A stretch of 64,000 bases of DNA from an uncultured virus (IMG/VR IMGVR_UViG_3300020020_000024) (IMGVR_UViG_3300020020_000024); one strand, 5' to 3'. Shown: positions 1 through 9,558, counted from the first letter of the stretch. Notes: generated by a model from the letters alone, not told the origin. Translations and numbers: made by a program.

Positions 1-1
1 A

Positions 2-400
2 TATACTTCTGACGAGACTTCTTGGTGCGCTCTTTTCATTAACTATCTTATCAGAATAACAGCTAAACCGCAGGTAGATGTAAAGGGTGATCGTTATAAT
101 CTTCTTCGGGCCAAGTGGCTTTTGAATTGGGGAACGAAAGTTACTGCCGGTGATGAAAAAATGGGAGACATTGTTATTATTGACCGTGATGGTGGTGGTC
201 ATGTGTTTGTACTGATAGCAAAAACAAAAGCCGGAAACTATATTGGTATTGGTGGAAACCAGGGTAATAAAGTTTCATTTGCCGAATTTGATAAAAATAG
301 AGTTCTTGGAATCAGAAGATTTTATACAACTGCACTTCCAGGATCAGCTAAACTTTATGTGGTTGATGGTACTGGTCAGTTTTCAACCAATGAAGCATGA
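2..400 (+). CDS. TIGR02594-family (CHAP/NlpC-P60-like) cell-wall peptidase, 5'-truncated by window edge
   Basis: Frame is open from base 2: YTSDETSWCALF...GDIVIIDRDGGGHV...IGGNQGNKVS. This matches the DETxWC / GHV / GGNQ signature. Confidence 0.8.
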   Translation, partial: YTSDETSWCALFINYLIRITAKPQVDVKGDRYNLLRAKWLLNWGTKVTAGDEKMGDIVIIDRDGGGHVFVLIAKTKAGNYIGIGGNQGNKVSFAEFDKNRVLGIRRFYTTALPGSAKLYVVDGTGQFSTNEA

Positions 401-465
401 GTGAAGTTATTAGTTTGAATTACAGAAAAAAATCTATTACATTACGCCCGAAGAAATCCAATGTC

Positions 466-1338
466 ATGAAAAGAAACCACAATTCAAAACGTAACCATTT
501 TTTGAACTTCGTAGGTGTTCCACCAAGTTCCGGATACTTAAATTATATGGCTGCGCAAGAAGGCTATTCTCAATCCGGTGATCCATTAGCACTATATCCA
601 AATATGTATCCAAGTGATGACGGCATTAGTGGAACACTTCTTCCAGGTGGTGGAGGTGATGCAATTGGTGCAGGTACTAGTGACCTGGGTTTGGGTAGTG
701 GCGGTATTAAACCGATTGTTCCAGAGCAAGAATTGGGTCTTGGTGCTGGTAATGCTTTGATGGAAAGCGGCGGCGGCACTACTCTTGTAAATACTCCTTA
801 CACTTACAACAATGTTGATAATGCTGATTGCCCTACTATCACTAGGATGATAGGAGAGGTAGAAAATAGCATGATAATGATAAGATTCACGCCGGAAGGT
901 TATGCTGCATGGATGGCATGGCTGCAGTATGCGTATGCAAGAAAAGAAATTATCTGTAATCCGAAATCAAGCCCTGTTGATGAATATTGTCCAAGCGGTA
1001 ATTGTGGTCAGACTACAACTGCCCCTGTTCAAACTTTTGGTGGCGGCGCTAGTGGCGGTGGAGTCATTGGGGCAGGTGTGGGTGATGGTGGTGGCGGTGT
1101 GATCGGTGCAGGTGGGGGTGTTGAAACTCTTACAAGTGGTGGTGCAGCAACTTCGCCGACAACATCTGCTCCAAAGAGTAGCGGCATTCTTGGTGGCCTT
1201 AGTGGACTGTTCGGCGGCGGCGGTGCAGGTGGTGGCAATGGACAAGCACCAACAGGTAAAGGAAAAGATTGGTTCTGGATCGTGTTTGGTGCAGTTTCAA
1301 TCACAGGATTAATAGTACATCTTTCAAAATCTGAATAA
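466..1338 (+). CDS. Gly-rich virion membrane protein with C-terminal TM anchor
   Basis: ORF 397-1338. ATG466 is preferred because it follows the leader AAATCCAATGTC, identical to the capsid gene leader. Gly-rich linkers, a Cys-bounded helical segment and a C-terminal hydrophobic helix. Confidence 0.65.
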   Translation: MKRNHNSKRNHFLNFVGVPPSSGYLNYMAAQEGYSQSGDPLALYPNMYPSDDGISGTLLPGGGGDAIGAGTSDLGLGSGGIKPIVPEQELGLGAGNALMESGGGTTLVNTPYTYNNVDNADCPTITRMIGEVENSMIMIRFTPEGYAAWMAWLQYAYARKEIICNPKSSPVDEYCPSGNCGQTTTAPVQTFGGGASGGGVIGAGVGDGGGGVIGAGGGVETLTSGGAATSPTTSAPKSSGILGGLSGLFGGGGAGGGNGQAPTGKGKDWFWIVFGAVSITGLIVHLSKSE

Positions 1339-1347
1339 AAAATATTT

Positions 1348-1680
1348 ATGGATCAAGTTATTCCAGACGGTGCAGCAACTGCACCACCAGGGCCGATAGG
1401 CGATGTATCGCAGGTTGCAGCACCGGCAGCGCCACCGATACAACAAGCTGCGCCAGTATATACTCCCCCGCCAACTCCAACGCCATCTTTTTTTTCAGGT
1501 ATAAATGTTGGTGATGTGCTTGTAGGTGCTATTGTATTTGGTGCAATGTTTACGATCATCTATTACTACCGAAAAGAAATAAAATATTCAAAAACCGAAA
1601 AGAGTGAGATTCGCCAGCAGCTTGATGAAGTTTCGCAAAATGTTCAAGCAGCACTTGGCCCGAATTATCAAAAGTACTAA
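1348..1680 (+). CDS. Pro-rich single-TM membrane protein
   Basis: Pro/Ala-rich N-terminus, TM VLVGAIVFGAMFTIIYYY, coiled C-terminus. Confidence 0.65.
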   Translation: MDQVIPDGAATAPPGPIGDVSQVAAPAAPPIQQAAPVYTPPPTPTPSFFSGINVGDVLVGAIVFGAMFTIIYYYRKEIKYSKTEKSEIRQQLDEVSQNVQAALGPNYQKY

Positions 1681-1834
1681 AACCAACCTTGTCATTTTTC
1701 ATACGCTAGATAAACCTATACCTGTGATTTCTATCACAGGTATTCCTTTTTATACATACATTTACAATACGCAAATCTCAAGATAACACAGAAACCCTGT
1801 ATATTCATGTACGGGGTTTCAAATTTAAAAGCGT

Positions 1835-2482
1835 ATGCAACCAACGATAAGAGATATTGATAAAATAGTTTTTGGCAATCCATCATTACGGGATTATAAA
1901 ATAATGCAGCAGGAATCATATCTGGACAGGTTAGTTCCTGAATTAAAAATGTTTTCACCTCCAAAAAATTCCTCTACTGCAGCCGTAAAAGAATTAGAAT
2001 CGTTGATCTCTTTTTTAAGTGAAAAAAAGGAAATACAAAATCATCTATTTGATAACGAACTACTGAATTTCATAAAAAATATTTTTGTGTCTGCTGGTGC
2101 TGATCCCGATAATATCAATCAGACAATATTGAATATTGAAAATGATGTGGCCCCTTTGATAACTAAATTGAAATATTTTTTTAATCGTCCTCGTCCATCG
2201 CAGCTGGCATGTTATTATGGACTTCATTTGTTCCCTGACTTTTCTTACTTCACAAATACTCCTTCATATCCATCCGGTCATAGCACACTTACTGCAATCA
2301 CCTGCGAAGTGTTGGGTAATCACTACCCGGAATCATATACTCAGATGAAAGATTTAACGAAAGCCGTTTCTGTTTCCAGGCTTTATATTGGTGCGCATTA
2401 TCCAAGTGATAATGATACGGCAATGATAGTTGCAAAAAAGGTGGTAGCTAATCCAGAGTTTAAATTGCGGTTCAGATTATAA
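1835..2482 (+). CDS. PAP2/acid phosphatase (haloperoxidase superfamily) protein
   Basis: All three PAP2 motifs: KYFFNRPRP, PSYPSGH, SRLYIGAHYPSD. Confidence 0.88.
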   Translation: MQPTIRDIDKIVFGNPSLRDYKIMQQESYLDRLVPELKMFSPPKNSSTAAVKELESLISFLSEKKEIQNHLFDNELLNFIKNIFVSAGADPDNINQTILNIENDVAPLITKLKYFFNRPRPSQLACYYGLHLFPDFSYFTNTPSYPSGHSTLTAITCEVLGNHYPESYTQMKDLTKAVSVSRLYIGAHYPSDNDTAMIVAKKVVANPEFKLRFRL

Positions 2483-2755
2483 ATGCGAATGGCAGTTGAG
2501 AACAACCGCCAGACACATCTAAAAATAAAAAAAATGCATCTAAATATAGTAATCTTTTCTATGATAAAATAAAGAAGGCGACTAAGAATAGCCGCCCGTT
2601 TCCAAAAAAAAATTCCTATGAAAAATCATTCAAATGTAATACTCTATTGTGGTAAACAAAATATCCATTGTATATTGGCATCGGCGTAAAACGTCCGCTT
2701 GATAAGTTAATGATGATTTGGACTTATTAACAGAATTAGTTTAACGCCCTCAGTC

Positions 2756-2787
2756 AGTAGCGGTTTTCTAATCGCTACTCTCTTTTT
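2756..2787 (+). terminator. intrinsic terminator-like hairpin
   Basis: AGTAGCGGTT-ttct-AATCGCTACT followed by ctcttttt. Confidence 0.55.
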
Positions 2788-2820
2788 ACAAACGAATTTT
2801 TTTTTCGTCAACCACCTCGT

Positions 2821-2828
2821 TAAATTTG
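2821..2828 (+). promoter_or_regulatory. Bacteroidota sigma-A -7 element (TAAATTTG)
   Basis: Matches TAnnTTTG, about 35 nt upstream of ORF 2864. Confidence 0.5.
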
Positions 2829-2863
2829 TTTCTGTTGTTTCTGAGCTAACCCCAAAAATTCTA

Positions 2864-3280
2864 ATGTCCTACTCTGCAAACCTGCATGAAAAATTTCTTG
2901 TAGCCGTAGAAACTCTTGGCCGTGAAGCGGTCAATGAGCTTTTCGACAAAGCATTGTCCGGCGACGTGCAGTTTGATAATCCCCTGGTACAAAAGGTTGT
3001 GTTAGCTGTTAGCCAGAAGATGAACATTACCGCATACGAGATCGTCAATGGTAGTGGAAGAAAAAATCACAGGAAGTATGCAATTGGTTTTTGTTGTTTT
3101 TATCTGATTAAGAATTATGAAGTAGATGCAGATGAAGTGGCACAATACTTAAAAAAAGATACATCACTTTGTTATAAGTATCTAAAAGATGTTACCAATC
3201 TTAATGGAAAATTGATAAGCGAAAGAATGTACTATGAAATAAAAATGGAATTTGATGATCTGTTTACCAAATCAAAATAA
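2864..3280 (+). CDS. DnaA C-terminal (domain IV)-like HTH DNA-binding protein
   Basis: AVSQKMNITAYEIVNGSGRK...YAIGFCCFYL...EVAQYLKKDTSLCY resembles the Bac_DnaA_C pattern. Confidence 0.55.
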   Translation: MSYSANLHEKFLVAVETLGREAVNELFDKALSGDVQFDNPLVQKVVLAVSQKMNITAYEIVNGSGRKNHRKYAIGFCCFYLIKNYEVDADEVAQYLKKDTSLCYKYLKDVTNLNGKLISERMYYEIKMEFDDLFTKSK

Positions 3281-3289
3281 AATACTGCA

Positions 3290-4369
3290 ATGAAAGAAAC
3301 TGAAAAATCCAATACTGAGAAAAACCAACAAGCCACTTCTTCTCCATCTGCGGCGGCTGGTTATAATCCAATGGGGGGAGATGTTTTTGTTCCCCCATAC
3401 GCTAAGCCTGAATCGCAATTCAATCAGGGAGAGTTGAACCAGGATATTCCAGAGCCAACTTATACCGCACCACCACGAGAATCGGGTATTCCTAACACAG
3501 AAGAAAAGCAGGAGAAGAAGCCTAAAGAGCCATACAATCCTGATATGGCAGATTTGCCAAAGGGTGAGCAAGATGATGCTGCGGAAAAAATGGCAAGGTA
3601 TCTTGTAGGATTATATGAGCAAATAAAATTGCAGGGTCGTGGTCTTATCAAGATAAGTGAACGCAAGGTCAATAAACTTGTCAATAACGGTGAGATTGAT
3701 CCATCCTTAATTGTTCCGGTTGGTATCGATGAACAAAAAACGCTTGGTGAGTTTTTCAATTTCTATAATGAACAATGTTCGCATCTATTTAAAACAACAG
3801 AAGATTTTAAAGAAGCGATCATCCCACCATTAACAAGAGAACTTGCAAAGCGTGGTCATGGTATTACCGATGCACAATTAATTTTATTCTTGTTGTTTCA
3901 GGATCTAGCATTAGCGATTCAGGAAGGCGTTAAAACAAGAATGGTGTTAACCGACATGCTAAGGTTTGCAAAAGAGCATACGCAAAATTCACGTCAGCCG
4001 GGAGCAGTACATACGCCGCCTCCACCACCCCCGCCGCCACAATCACCAGGGCCGCATCAATCAGAAACAATAGTGCAAGAACCTGCGATGACAGTAGCAG
4101 TTGCTTTACAAGATCAAATCCTTGCTAAGCATATCCCGATGGTTAATTCAGGTGATGGAATGCCTCAGTATGGTGGAGCAAGTAAACTGAGAAAATTAAA
4201 AACTGTTGCCAATCAGGAAAAAGATTCGATAAAGAAAGATAGAAAACGTGCATCAAAGGTTCTTGATGAAACCAGGGTAAGAATGCAATCAACAACGAAT
4301 GTTCCAGATGGTAAAAAAAGAAAAGCCGGCAGACCTGCTGGAAGTAAAAATAAATTTAAAAAACCTTAA
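3290..4369 (+). CDS. hypothetical protein, translationally coupled to packaging ATPase
   Basis: 359 aa with a helical core, poly-Pro tract and basic C-terminus. Its TAA overlaps the ATPase ATG. Confidence 0.7.
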   Translation: MKETEKSNTEKNQQATSSPSAAAGYNPMGGDVFVPPYAKPESQFNQGELNQDIPEPTYTAPPRESGIPNTEEKQEKKPKEPYNPDMADLPKGEQDDAAEKMARYLVGLYEQIKLQGRGLIKISERKVNKLVNNGEIDPSLIVPVGIDEQKTLGEFFNFYNEQCSHLFKTTEDFKEAIIPPLTRELAKRGHGITDAQLILFLLFQDLALAIQEGVKTRMVLTDMLRFAKEHTQNSRQPGAVHTPPPPPPPPQSPGPHQSETIVQEPAMTVAVALQDQILAKHIPMVNSGDGMPQYGGASKLRKLKTVANQEKDSIKKDRKRASKVLDETRVRMQSTTNVPDGKKRKAGRPAGSKNKFKKP

Positions 4370-5187
4370 TGGCACGGTATCCGATACTAATGGCGGTTTG
4401 TGGTAAGCGTCGTATTGGAAAATCGCACAAGACGACAGAGATCATGCGTGATTATGTGCGCAGGGGAAGAAAGGTTTTGATATTTGATGTCACCAATGAA
4501 TATTCGGATAAGTCGAAGTTTCCTGATATAAAAGCAATTGCTTTAAAAGATGTTCCATTATTTGCGGCGCAAACAAGAGCAGAGATCAGGCGTGTGGCCC
4601 CATTCTTTGATGATGGAAGAAAGATGACTCTTGATGATATGGTTAATGTGCTTAACTGGATTCTATCTGTTTACTTCAATGGACTTTTACTTGTGGAAGA
4701 TATTAACAAGTATATTGCAGATACGATGACTAAAGATGTAATGGGTGCTATGTGTACGCTTGCGCATCAGGGTGTTGATCTTATCATGCAATTCCAGTCA
4801 ATAGGTAGATTAACCACAAAGGTCTGGCAAAATATAAATGTGCTTCGTATGCACAAGAATACCGATAGCGTGGATCGTCACAGAGGTAAGTTTGAAGATA
4901 AGTATGAGTATTTAAAAGTTGCTGAGATACTGGTCAACGAAGAATATAGAACAGGTAACGTAAGATTTTTTCTTCATGTAAATTTTGATGATGAAAAAAT
5001 AATTGCTGACTTACCGGAAGAAAAAATTCGCAAAGGTATTGAGCAATACATGAGTGAGAATTATAGAACAGTAACTCAATTATCAGAGCGTAGAGATGGA
5101 AAAGGAAAGAGAATTTATAGTTATGAAGCAGCTTTTAAAACAGAGGTTGATCGCATTTACAATAACTATTTCAGACCAGCGGCTTAA
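4369..5187 (+). CDS. FtsK/HerA-superfamily (A32/P9-like) genome-packaging ATPase
   Basis: N-terminal Walker A GKRRIGKS, Walker B LLLVED, and AHQGVDLIMQFQS (H-x-G...hhhhQ motif). 272 aa, immediately upstream of the putative capsid gene. Confidence 0.8.
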   Translation: MARYPILMAVCGKRRIGKSHKTTEIMRDYVRRGRKVLIFDVTNEYSDKSKFPDIKAIALKDVPLFAAQTRAEIRRVAPFFDDGRKMTLDDMVNVLNWILSVYFNGLLLVEDINKYIADTMTKDVMGAMCTLAHQGVDLIMQFQSIGRLTTKVWQNINVLRMHKNTDSVDRHRGKFEDKYEYLKVAEILVNEEYRTGNVRFFLHVNFDDEKIIADLPEEKIRKGIEQYMSENYRTVTQLSERRDGKGKRIYSYEAAFKTEVDRIYNNYFRPAA

Positions 5188-5311
5188 CGACTGGCAAATA
5201 TATTATTTGCCACTAAGTATAAAGTATCAAAAAGCCCCTTTAAATTTATCCCTGAAATAAAAACCTACGTTGTCTGAGCAACGTAATAACTAACCCAAAA
5301 ATCCATTTATC

Positions 5312-5446
5312 ATGAAAGACGCAAAGACTTATCTCGTTATGCTTGCTGTTGGCACAGCTTCTACACTACTTGGCCTGTGGGCATACGACCAAATCAACAA
5401 AGCAAAAGTTGCTAAACCTGCAACGACTGCGACAGCCGCATCATAA
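5312..5446 (+). CDS. small membrane protein (44 aa; not in ORF track)
   Basis: MKDAKTYLVMLAVGTASTLLGLWAYDQINKAK...; preceded by an AAAATCCATTTATC leader. Confidence 0.7.
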   Translation: MKDAKTYLVMLAVGTASTLLGLWAYDQINKAKVAKPATTATAAS

Positions 5447-5514
5447 AAAAAGATCATTAAAGTTTTTTCGATATAAAATCCAATCTCTTATTTTTTAACC
5501 AAAAATCCAATGTC

Positions 5515-6192
5515 ATGAATAAGGTACAACAGTACATCAATCGTGCAAGAGGTAATTCAAGTAACCAGCACTTGAACTTCGTGAACGATCAAAAAAGTTT
5601 TATCATGCAGCCGAACCTATACGCTAATGGCGCAGGTGCTGGCCCCGCTGCTCCCGTAAAAAAATCAATGCCGTATGCGGTCGTGGTGTCTAGTGCATCA
5701 GGCTCGGCAGTAACTGATTTTGATGTTCTCGGTGCATACGAGTACATCAACAACTCCGGCTTTACTGCTGCGGGTTCACTGGTGATCGGATCAATTACGA
5801 TCAGTTCAGCGATCCCTGGCGTAAGCTACCGTGAGTTGCTGTATCAAACACAGAACAATCCGTTCATGGTGGGTCAGACTTATCTGGCTTGTTCTTCACC
5901 AACAGCCCAAGTGCTGGAAGTGTTCACCATCATCACCAAAGATGCGAACGGTACGCAGGTAAGGATACCTATCGTTCCTGCGGTTGACCCTTATCAGCAA
6001 CAAGATGGTGTGAATGTTGTTGAGCAGGAATATAATATTGATGGTTTCACGAAGCTGACTTTCGCCCGTATTCTTGCGAATGCGGTAGTGACTATCAGGT
6101 TCTACCCATCAGTTAAAATTAATCCTGCCAATCCATTGGCTGGTAAGCCTGACACGGCTGCTTACGGTAACCCTGGTGTTATTCGTCAGTAA
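5515..6192 (+). CDS. putative major capsid protein (beta-rich, single jelly-roll size)
   Basis: Follows the packaging ATPase, is non-membrane and beta-strand rich, is followed by a strong terminator, and has two paralogues in the window. The fold is inferred. Confidence 0.6.
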   Translation: MNKVQQYINRARGNSSNQHLNFVNDQKSFIMQPNLYANGAGAGPAAPVKKSMPYAVVVSSASGSAVTDFDVLGAYEYINNSGFTAAGSLVIGSITISSAIPGVSYRELLYQTQNNPFMVGQTYLACSSPTAQVLEVFTIITKDANGTQVRIPIVPAVDPYQQQDGVNVVEQEYNIDGFTKLTFARILANAVVTIRFYPSVKINPANPLAGKPDTAAYGNPGVIRQ

Positions 6193-6214
6193 TTGAAACT
6201 GAAAACCTCAACAT

Positions 6215-6250
6215 AAAGGCAAGGCGAATTGAATTTGCCTTGCCTTTTTT
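6215..6250 (+). terminator. intrinsic terminator after capsid gene
   Basis: AAAGGCAAGGCGAATT-g-AATTTGCCTTGCCTTT followed by T-run. Confidence 0.85.
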
Positions 6251-6273
6251 AGTTCATCAATAAAATTTCAGCC

Positions 6274-6669
6274 GTGATAACTATTTATGAATATATAACG
6301 AGCAACAACCCCTATGAAGCAAGGGCGTTGCTCAATAAGTACGGCATCAGTTTGCAAGGTGCAACCGATAATGTAGATGTAGCGAATTTGCTTGAACAGG
6401 GTGTTAAGCAAATTGGAGAGCCATTGTTTCTGGACATTGTTTCGCTTCATCCAGATAAGCAGTTGCTGGAAGAAGTTTCAGGGAGGATCATAACTGCACC
6501 GTCATCTGAGCAGGGTGAAAAGAAATGTTCCTGCCAGGAAAAATCGAAATCAATTGCAGATTATGTAAATACTGCATCTTCAAATAATTTCTTAATGCAA
6601 CATGGCCAGATCATTTTAATAAGTGCTTTGGTCATTGGTATTGCAATTGTAGCATCATCAAAATCTTAA
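6274..6669 (+). CDS. virion membrane protein, C-terminal TM
   Basis: NNPYEARALLNKYG N-domain similar to the next gene; C-terminal IILISALVIGIAIV. Confidence 0.7.
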   Translation: MITIYEYITSNNPYEARALLNKYGISLQGATDNVDVANLLEQGVKQIGEPLFLDIVSLHPDKQLLEEVSGRIITAPSSEQGEKKCSCQEKSKSIADYVNTASSNNFLMQHGQIILISALVIGIAIVASSKS

Positions 6670-6674
6670 TCATC

Positions 6675-7334
6675 ATGAACGCAACAAGCATTGCTAAAAT
6701 ACCTGAAAAAAGAATAGATGAAATTCTTGCCCATGTGATGTTCCAAAAGAACTCACAGGATATTCGCACTTTACTTTTTCGTAATGGTGTGCAAGGCGCA
6801 TACGAAATGAAAGATTCGGATGCAAGATACGCTTTCTTAAAAGCGATTGCAGAAAGTACAACTTTCCGCAAAGAAGTTTCCGATTATCTAACCGGAATGG
6901 TAATGGCGCAGACAGAAGAAAGAAAAGGTTTCATCATGCAACCTAGTTATCTGAATCTATTTGATGCTTCTGATCCCACTGACGTTGGTGATGTGCCTAC
7001 CTCAACAACGCCAACCACCACAACAACTGCAACGAAAACTACTTTCTGGCAGAGCCTGGGTGGTGTTGCGACTGGTGATAACCTGAGCAAACTTTTTAAT
7101 GTAGGACTTGATACACTTTCAACAAAATTGCAGTCTGATATTAATAAAGATTCTGAGGAAAGGGCGTTACAGGCGAAGATGCTAGATCTTCAAATTGCGC
7201 AACAACAAGCGGCGGCTGCGGCTGGTGGTGGAACGAGTAAGGGTTTGAGTGCCGGTGCGTGGATCGGGATCATTGCTGGTGTCGGATTACTTGGATTCGG
7301 CGTTTGGTATTTCGCAATAAGAAAGAAAAAATAA
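6675..7334 (+). CDS. virion membrane protein, Thr-rich linker, C-terminal TM + RKKK
   Basis: TTTTT linker, AWIGIIAGVGLLGFGVWYF-IRKKK. Confidence 0.75.
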   Translation: MNATSIAKIPEKRIDEILAHVMFQKNSQDIRTLLFRNGVQGAYEMKDSDARYAFLKAIAESTTFRKEVSDYLTGMVMAQTEERKGFIMQPSYLNLFDASDPTDVGDVPTSTTPTTTTTATKTTFWQSLGGVATGDNLSKLFNVGLDTLSTKLQSDINKDSEERALQAKMLDLQIAQQQAAAAAGGGTSKGLSAGAWIGIIAGVGLLGFGVWYFAIRKKK

Positions 7335-7340
7335 TTCCGT

Positions 7341-7517
7341 ATGGAAGAAACAATAAAGAGCAGCATTTGGCAAGCATCACTAGGCACTATCGGTGCTGTT
7401 GGTGCTGTTATATGGGCTGCTAATTCTGGTCACAAAGGAAAATTTTGGTGGTTCATTGGTGGTGGAATGATTGGTGGTGCAATTGGAATGATCCTGGACT
7501 CGGCCAATAAAAAATAA
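7341..7517 (+). CDS. small glycine-zipper membrane protein (58 aa; not in ORF track)
   Basis: MEETIKSSIWQASLGTIGAVGAVIWAA...WWFIGGGMIGGAIGMIL; two hydrophobic segments. Confidence 0.7.
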   Translation: MEETIKSSIWQASLGTIGAVGAVIWAANSGHKGKFWWFIGGGMIGGAIGMILDSANKK

Positions 7518-7522
7518 GTGCT

Positions 7523-7753
7523 ATGGCAGAAACAACAGAAGGAGGCAGCATGATGAACAAGATCGCTTCTATCGGCACATCGGGGCCAGAAGATGAGGCG
7601 ACACATAAAAACAAAGCAACGATAAGCGGTGCTGCTGTTGGTGGACTGTTCGGAATGTATTATGGTTATTCAAAAGAAAAAAACATGCTGGTTTGTGGGA
7701 TCGTGGGAAGTGTGATCGGTGCAGTAGTAGCCAGGGTATTTACATCTGTGTGA
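7523..7753 (+). CDS. small glycine-zipper membrane protein
   Basis: GAAVGGLFG and GIVGSVIG GxxxG helices. Confidence 0.7.
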   Translation: MAETTEGGSMMNKIASIGTSGPEDEATHKNKATISGAAVGGLFGMYYGYSKEKNMLVCGIVGSVIGAVVARVFTSV

Positions 7754-7756
7754 TAT

Positions 7757-8065
7757 ATGACAGCAAATGAAATGCATAAACAGTATTTGAAAGATGGCGG
7801 TCAGCTTGGGTTCAAAGAGTGGATTGGTCGTGAGAAGAAAAAAGACTTTATGAACTTCGACGGACAGGCCACAGTTCCAATTAATCAACCTCTCACGGAT
7901 AGTATTTACAGAACGCTCGATCAATTGCACAGAACATCCGGATATCAGGACGAGCTTTCAAATGAATACTGGCTCGGAATGAAGAAAACAAATCTCTTGA
8001 TAGGCACATCAATAGTTGTGATTGCAATCATCGCTGTTGTAGCTTATAAAAAAGGTAAAAAATGA
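7757..8065 (+). CDS. virion membrane protein, C-terminal TM + KKGKK
   Basis: FMNFDG motif; C-terminal hydrophobic helix with basic tail. Confidence 0.7.
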   Translation: MTANEMHKQYLKDGGQLGFKEWIGREKKKDFMNFDGQATVPINQPLTDSIYRTLDQLHRTSGYQDELSNEYWLGMKKTNLLIGTSIVVIAIIAVVAYKKGKK

Positions 8066-8187
8066 ACGAAGCAAAATTTGAAGTAACAGGTGCTTTAGCG
8101 GTTTTATTTATAGGCGCAGTAGGTGTGATTACACTTGTGGGCGTTAGCCTTACAATTGCTTTAATTGGTAAATCATTAAAAAAGTAA
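8062..8187 (+). CDS. small hydrophobic protein (41 aa; not in ORF track)
   Basis: MNEAKFEVTGALAVLFIGAVGVITLVGVSLTIALIGKSLKK; ATGA overlap with the previous stop. Confidence 0.65.
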   Translation: MNEAKFEVTGALAVLFIGAVGVITLVGVSLTIALIGKSLKK

Positions 8188-8190
8188 CAA

Positions 8191-8442
8191 ATGAAAACAG
8201 TATTTATTTTAGTTGCTGGTGCTGCTGCCGGATACCTTATTTGGGATTACTGTAATAAAAATAAAAAACCTTGTCCTTGTCAGCATAAAGAGGAAGAAGT
8301 AACAACAGCAATAGTTGCTATTGCGCCGAAACAAGAAATTGTTTCTGATAGTGTTGTTGAAGTATATGATGCAAGCAGGAATGCAACGTTGCCAACGCCA
8401 CAAAGACTGATTGTTGGTGCGGGATCAACTGAATGGAATTAA
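8191..8442 (+). CDS. small N-anchored membrane protein
   Basis: N-terminal hydrophobic helix, KKPCPC. Confidence 0.65.
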   Translation: MKTVFILVAGAAAGYLIWDYCNKNKKPCPCQHKEEEVTTAIVAIAPKQEIVSDSVVEVYDASRNATLPTPQRLIVGAGSTEWN

Positions 8443-8465
8443 GAAAAAAGAAGATTGTATAATTT

Positions 8466-9257
8466 ATGAGATATGTTATTGGAACAAGATACCGTTCATG
8501 TGCAATCGTCATACCTATTGAAGCAAATAAGGTATGTAACATTTTTATAGAGGTTCATGATTCAAAAGAACCTCATTGTTATTTGACAAAACGTTTCAGA
8601 ATGTTCAACCAGGGTGAGAAAAGAAACATGGTTGTACAGATGCCATTAACTGGTAACGCTGTTGTTTGTTCGATCTTTGACAACCCTGATGATAAGGATG
8701 GTAATTCGCCTAATTTTAGCTGCGGAAAAATAAAATTAATGTCATTGCCGTCACAGCTTGATGTCGTTGATATGACTAAAAACCACATGAAAGAATTTAT
8801 TCGTTTCTGTGGAAGATTTTGTTTTAATGCAGGATCGCTGCCAACATTTGAAGATAAATTTTATGTCAGCGATGCAAAACATTTTCGTATTAAATATGTA
8901 AATACGATCATGGGCGACAGCCAGGATGAACAATTGACTCCTGCAAGAATTTCAAAAGTTACAAAAGTGATCGAAGCAGCGAAGTCAAAGTTTATCAACA
9001 TGACAGTTCCAGGACGCTTTTGCATCCTGAGTCATGAATATTGTCACTTGTTCGTTAATGAAGATATGCACGACGAGTTGGAGGCTGATCTCAATGGACT
9101 CTCAATATACCTGGGCCTCGGTTTTCCGAGAATAGAAGCGAAGGAAATATTTTATAGCACCTTTTATCAGTCACCAACTGAGGATAACTTAGTAAGGTTG
9201 CAGCATATTGAGAAGTTCATGGACAGCTATGAAAACATTGAACAGAAATATTTATGA
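8466..9257 (+). CDS. HExxH zinc metalloprotease (putative virion maturation protease)
   Basis: LSHEYCH followed by ELEAD (third-ligand ExxAD); located inside the structural operon. Confidence 0.7.
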   Translation: MRYVIGTRYRSCAIVIPIEANKVCNIFIEVHDSKEPHCYLTKRFRMFNQGEKRNMVVQMPLTGNAVVCSIFDNPDDKDGNSPNFSCGKIKLMSLPSQLDVVDMTKNHMKEFIRFCGRFCFNAGSLPTFEDKFYVSDAKHFRIKYVNTIMGDSQDEQLTPARISKVTKVIEAAKSKFINMTVPGRFCILSHEYCHLFVNEDMHDELEADLNGLSIYLGLGFPRIEAKEIFYSTFYQSPTEDNLVRLQHIEKFMDSYENIEQKYL

Positions 9258-9556
9258 AATCGAATTTAGAAGTCATAAAATCCGCAATAAGTCTTATCGC
9301 TGCAGTAACGATTGTTGGTAGCGGTTATTTCCTTTATAGGAACAACATTTGGATTCCGCAAGTTGATGTTATAAAGTATGATCCGCAAGTTGGAGCAGTA
9401 GTAGTGGTGAATGCAAAAAAGATGATAGTGAAAGAGAATCAGACGATCCATGCCGGTGGAATGTGGGGAGTACGATTAAGCGGAGATGATGAGCAGATTA
9501 CAAGACTTGAACTTTTAAAAAATAATTTGGTTTACAAAACCTATCAATTGAATTAA
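9254..9556 (+). CDS. N-anchored membrane protein
   Basis: N-terminal TM plus small beta domain. Confidence 0.65.
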   Translation: MKSNLEVIKSAISLIAAVTIVGSGYFLYRNNIWIPQVDVIKYDPQVGAVVVVNAKKMIVKENQTIHAGGMWGVRLSGDDEQITRLELLKNNLVYKTYQLN

Positions 9557-9558
9557 TC

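Noticed and set aside
570..1559. Antisense and alternative-frame Pro-rich ORFs over the Gly-rich genes
   Set aside because: Shadows of GGT/GGC-rich codons; no independent signals.
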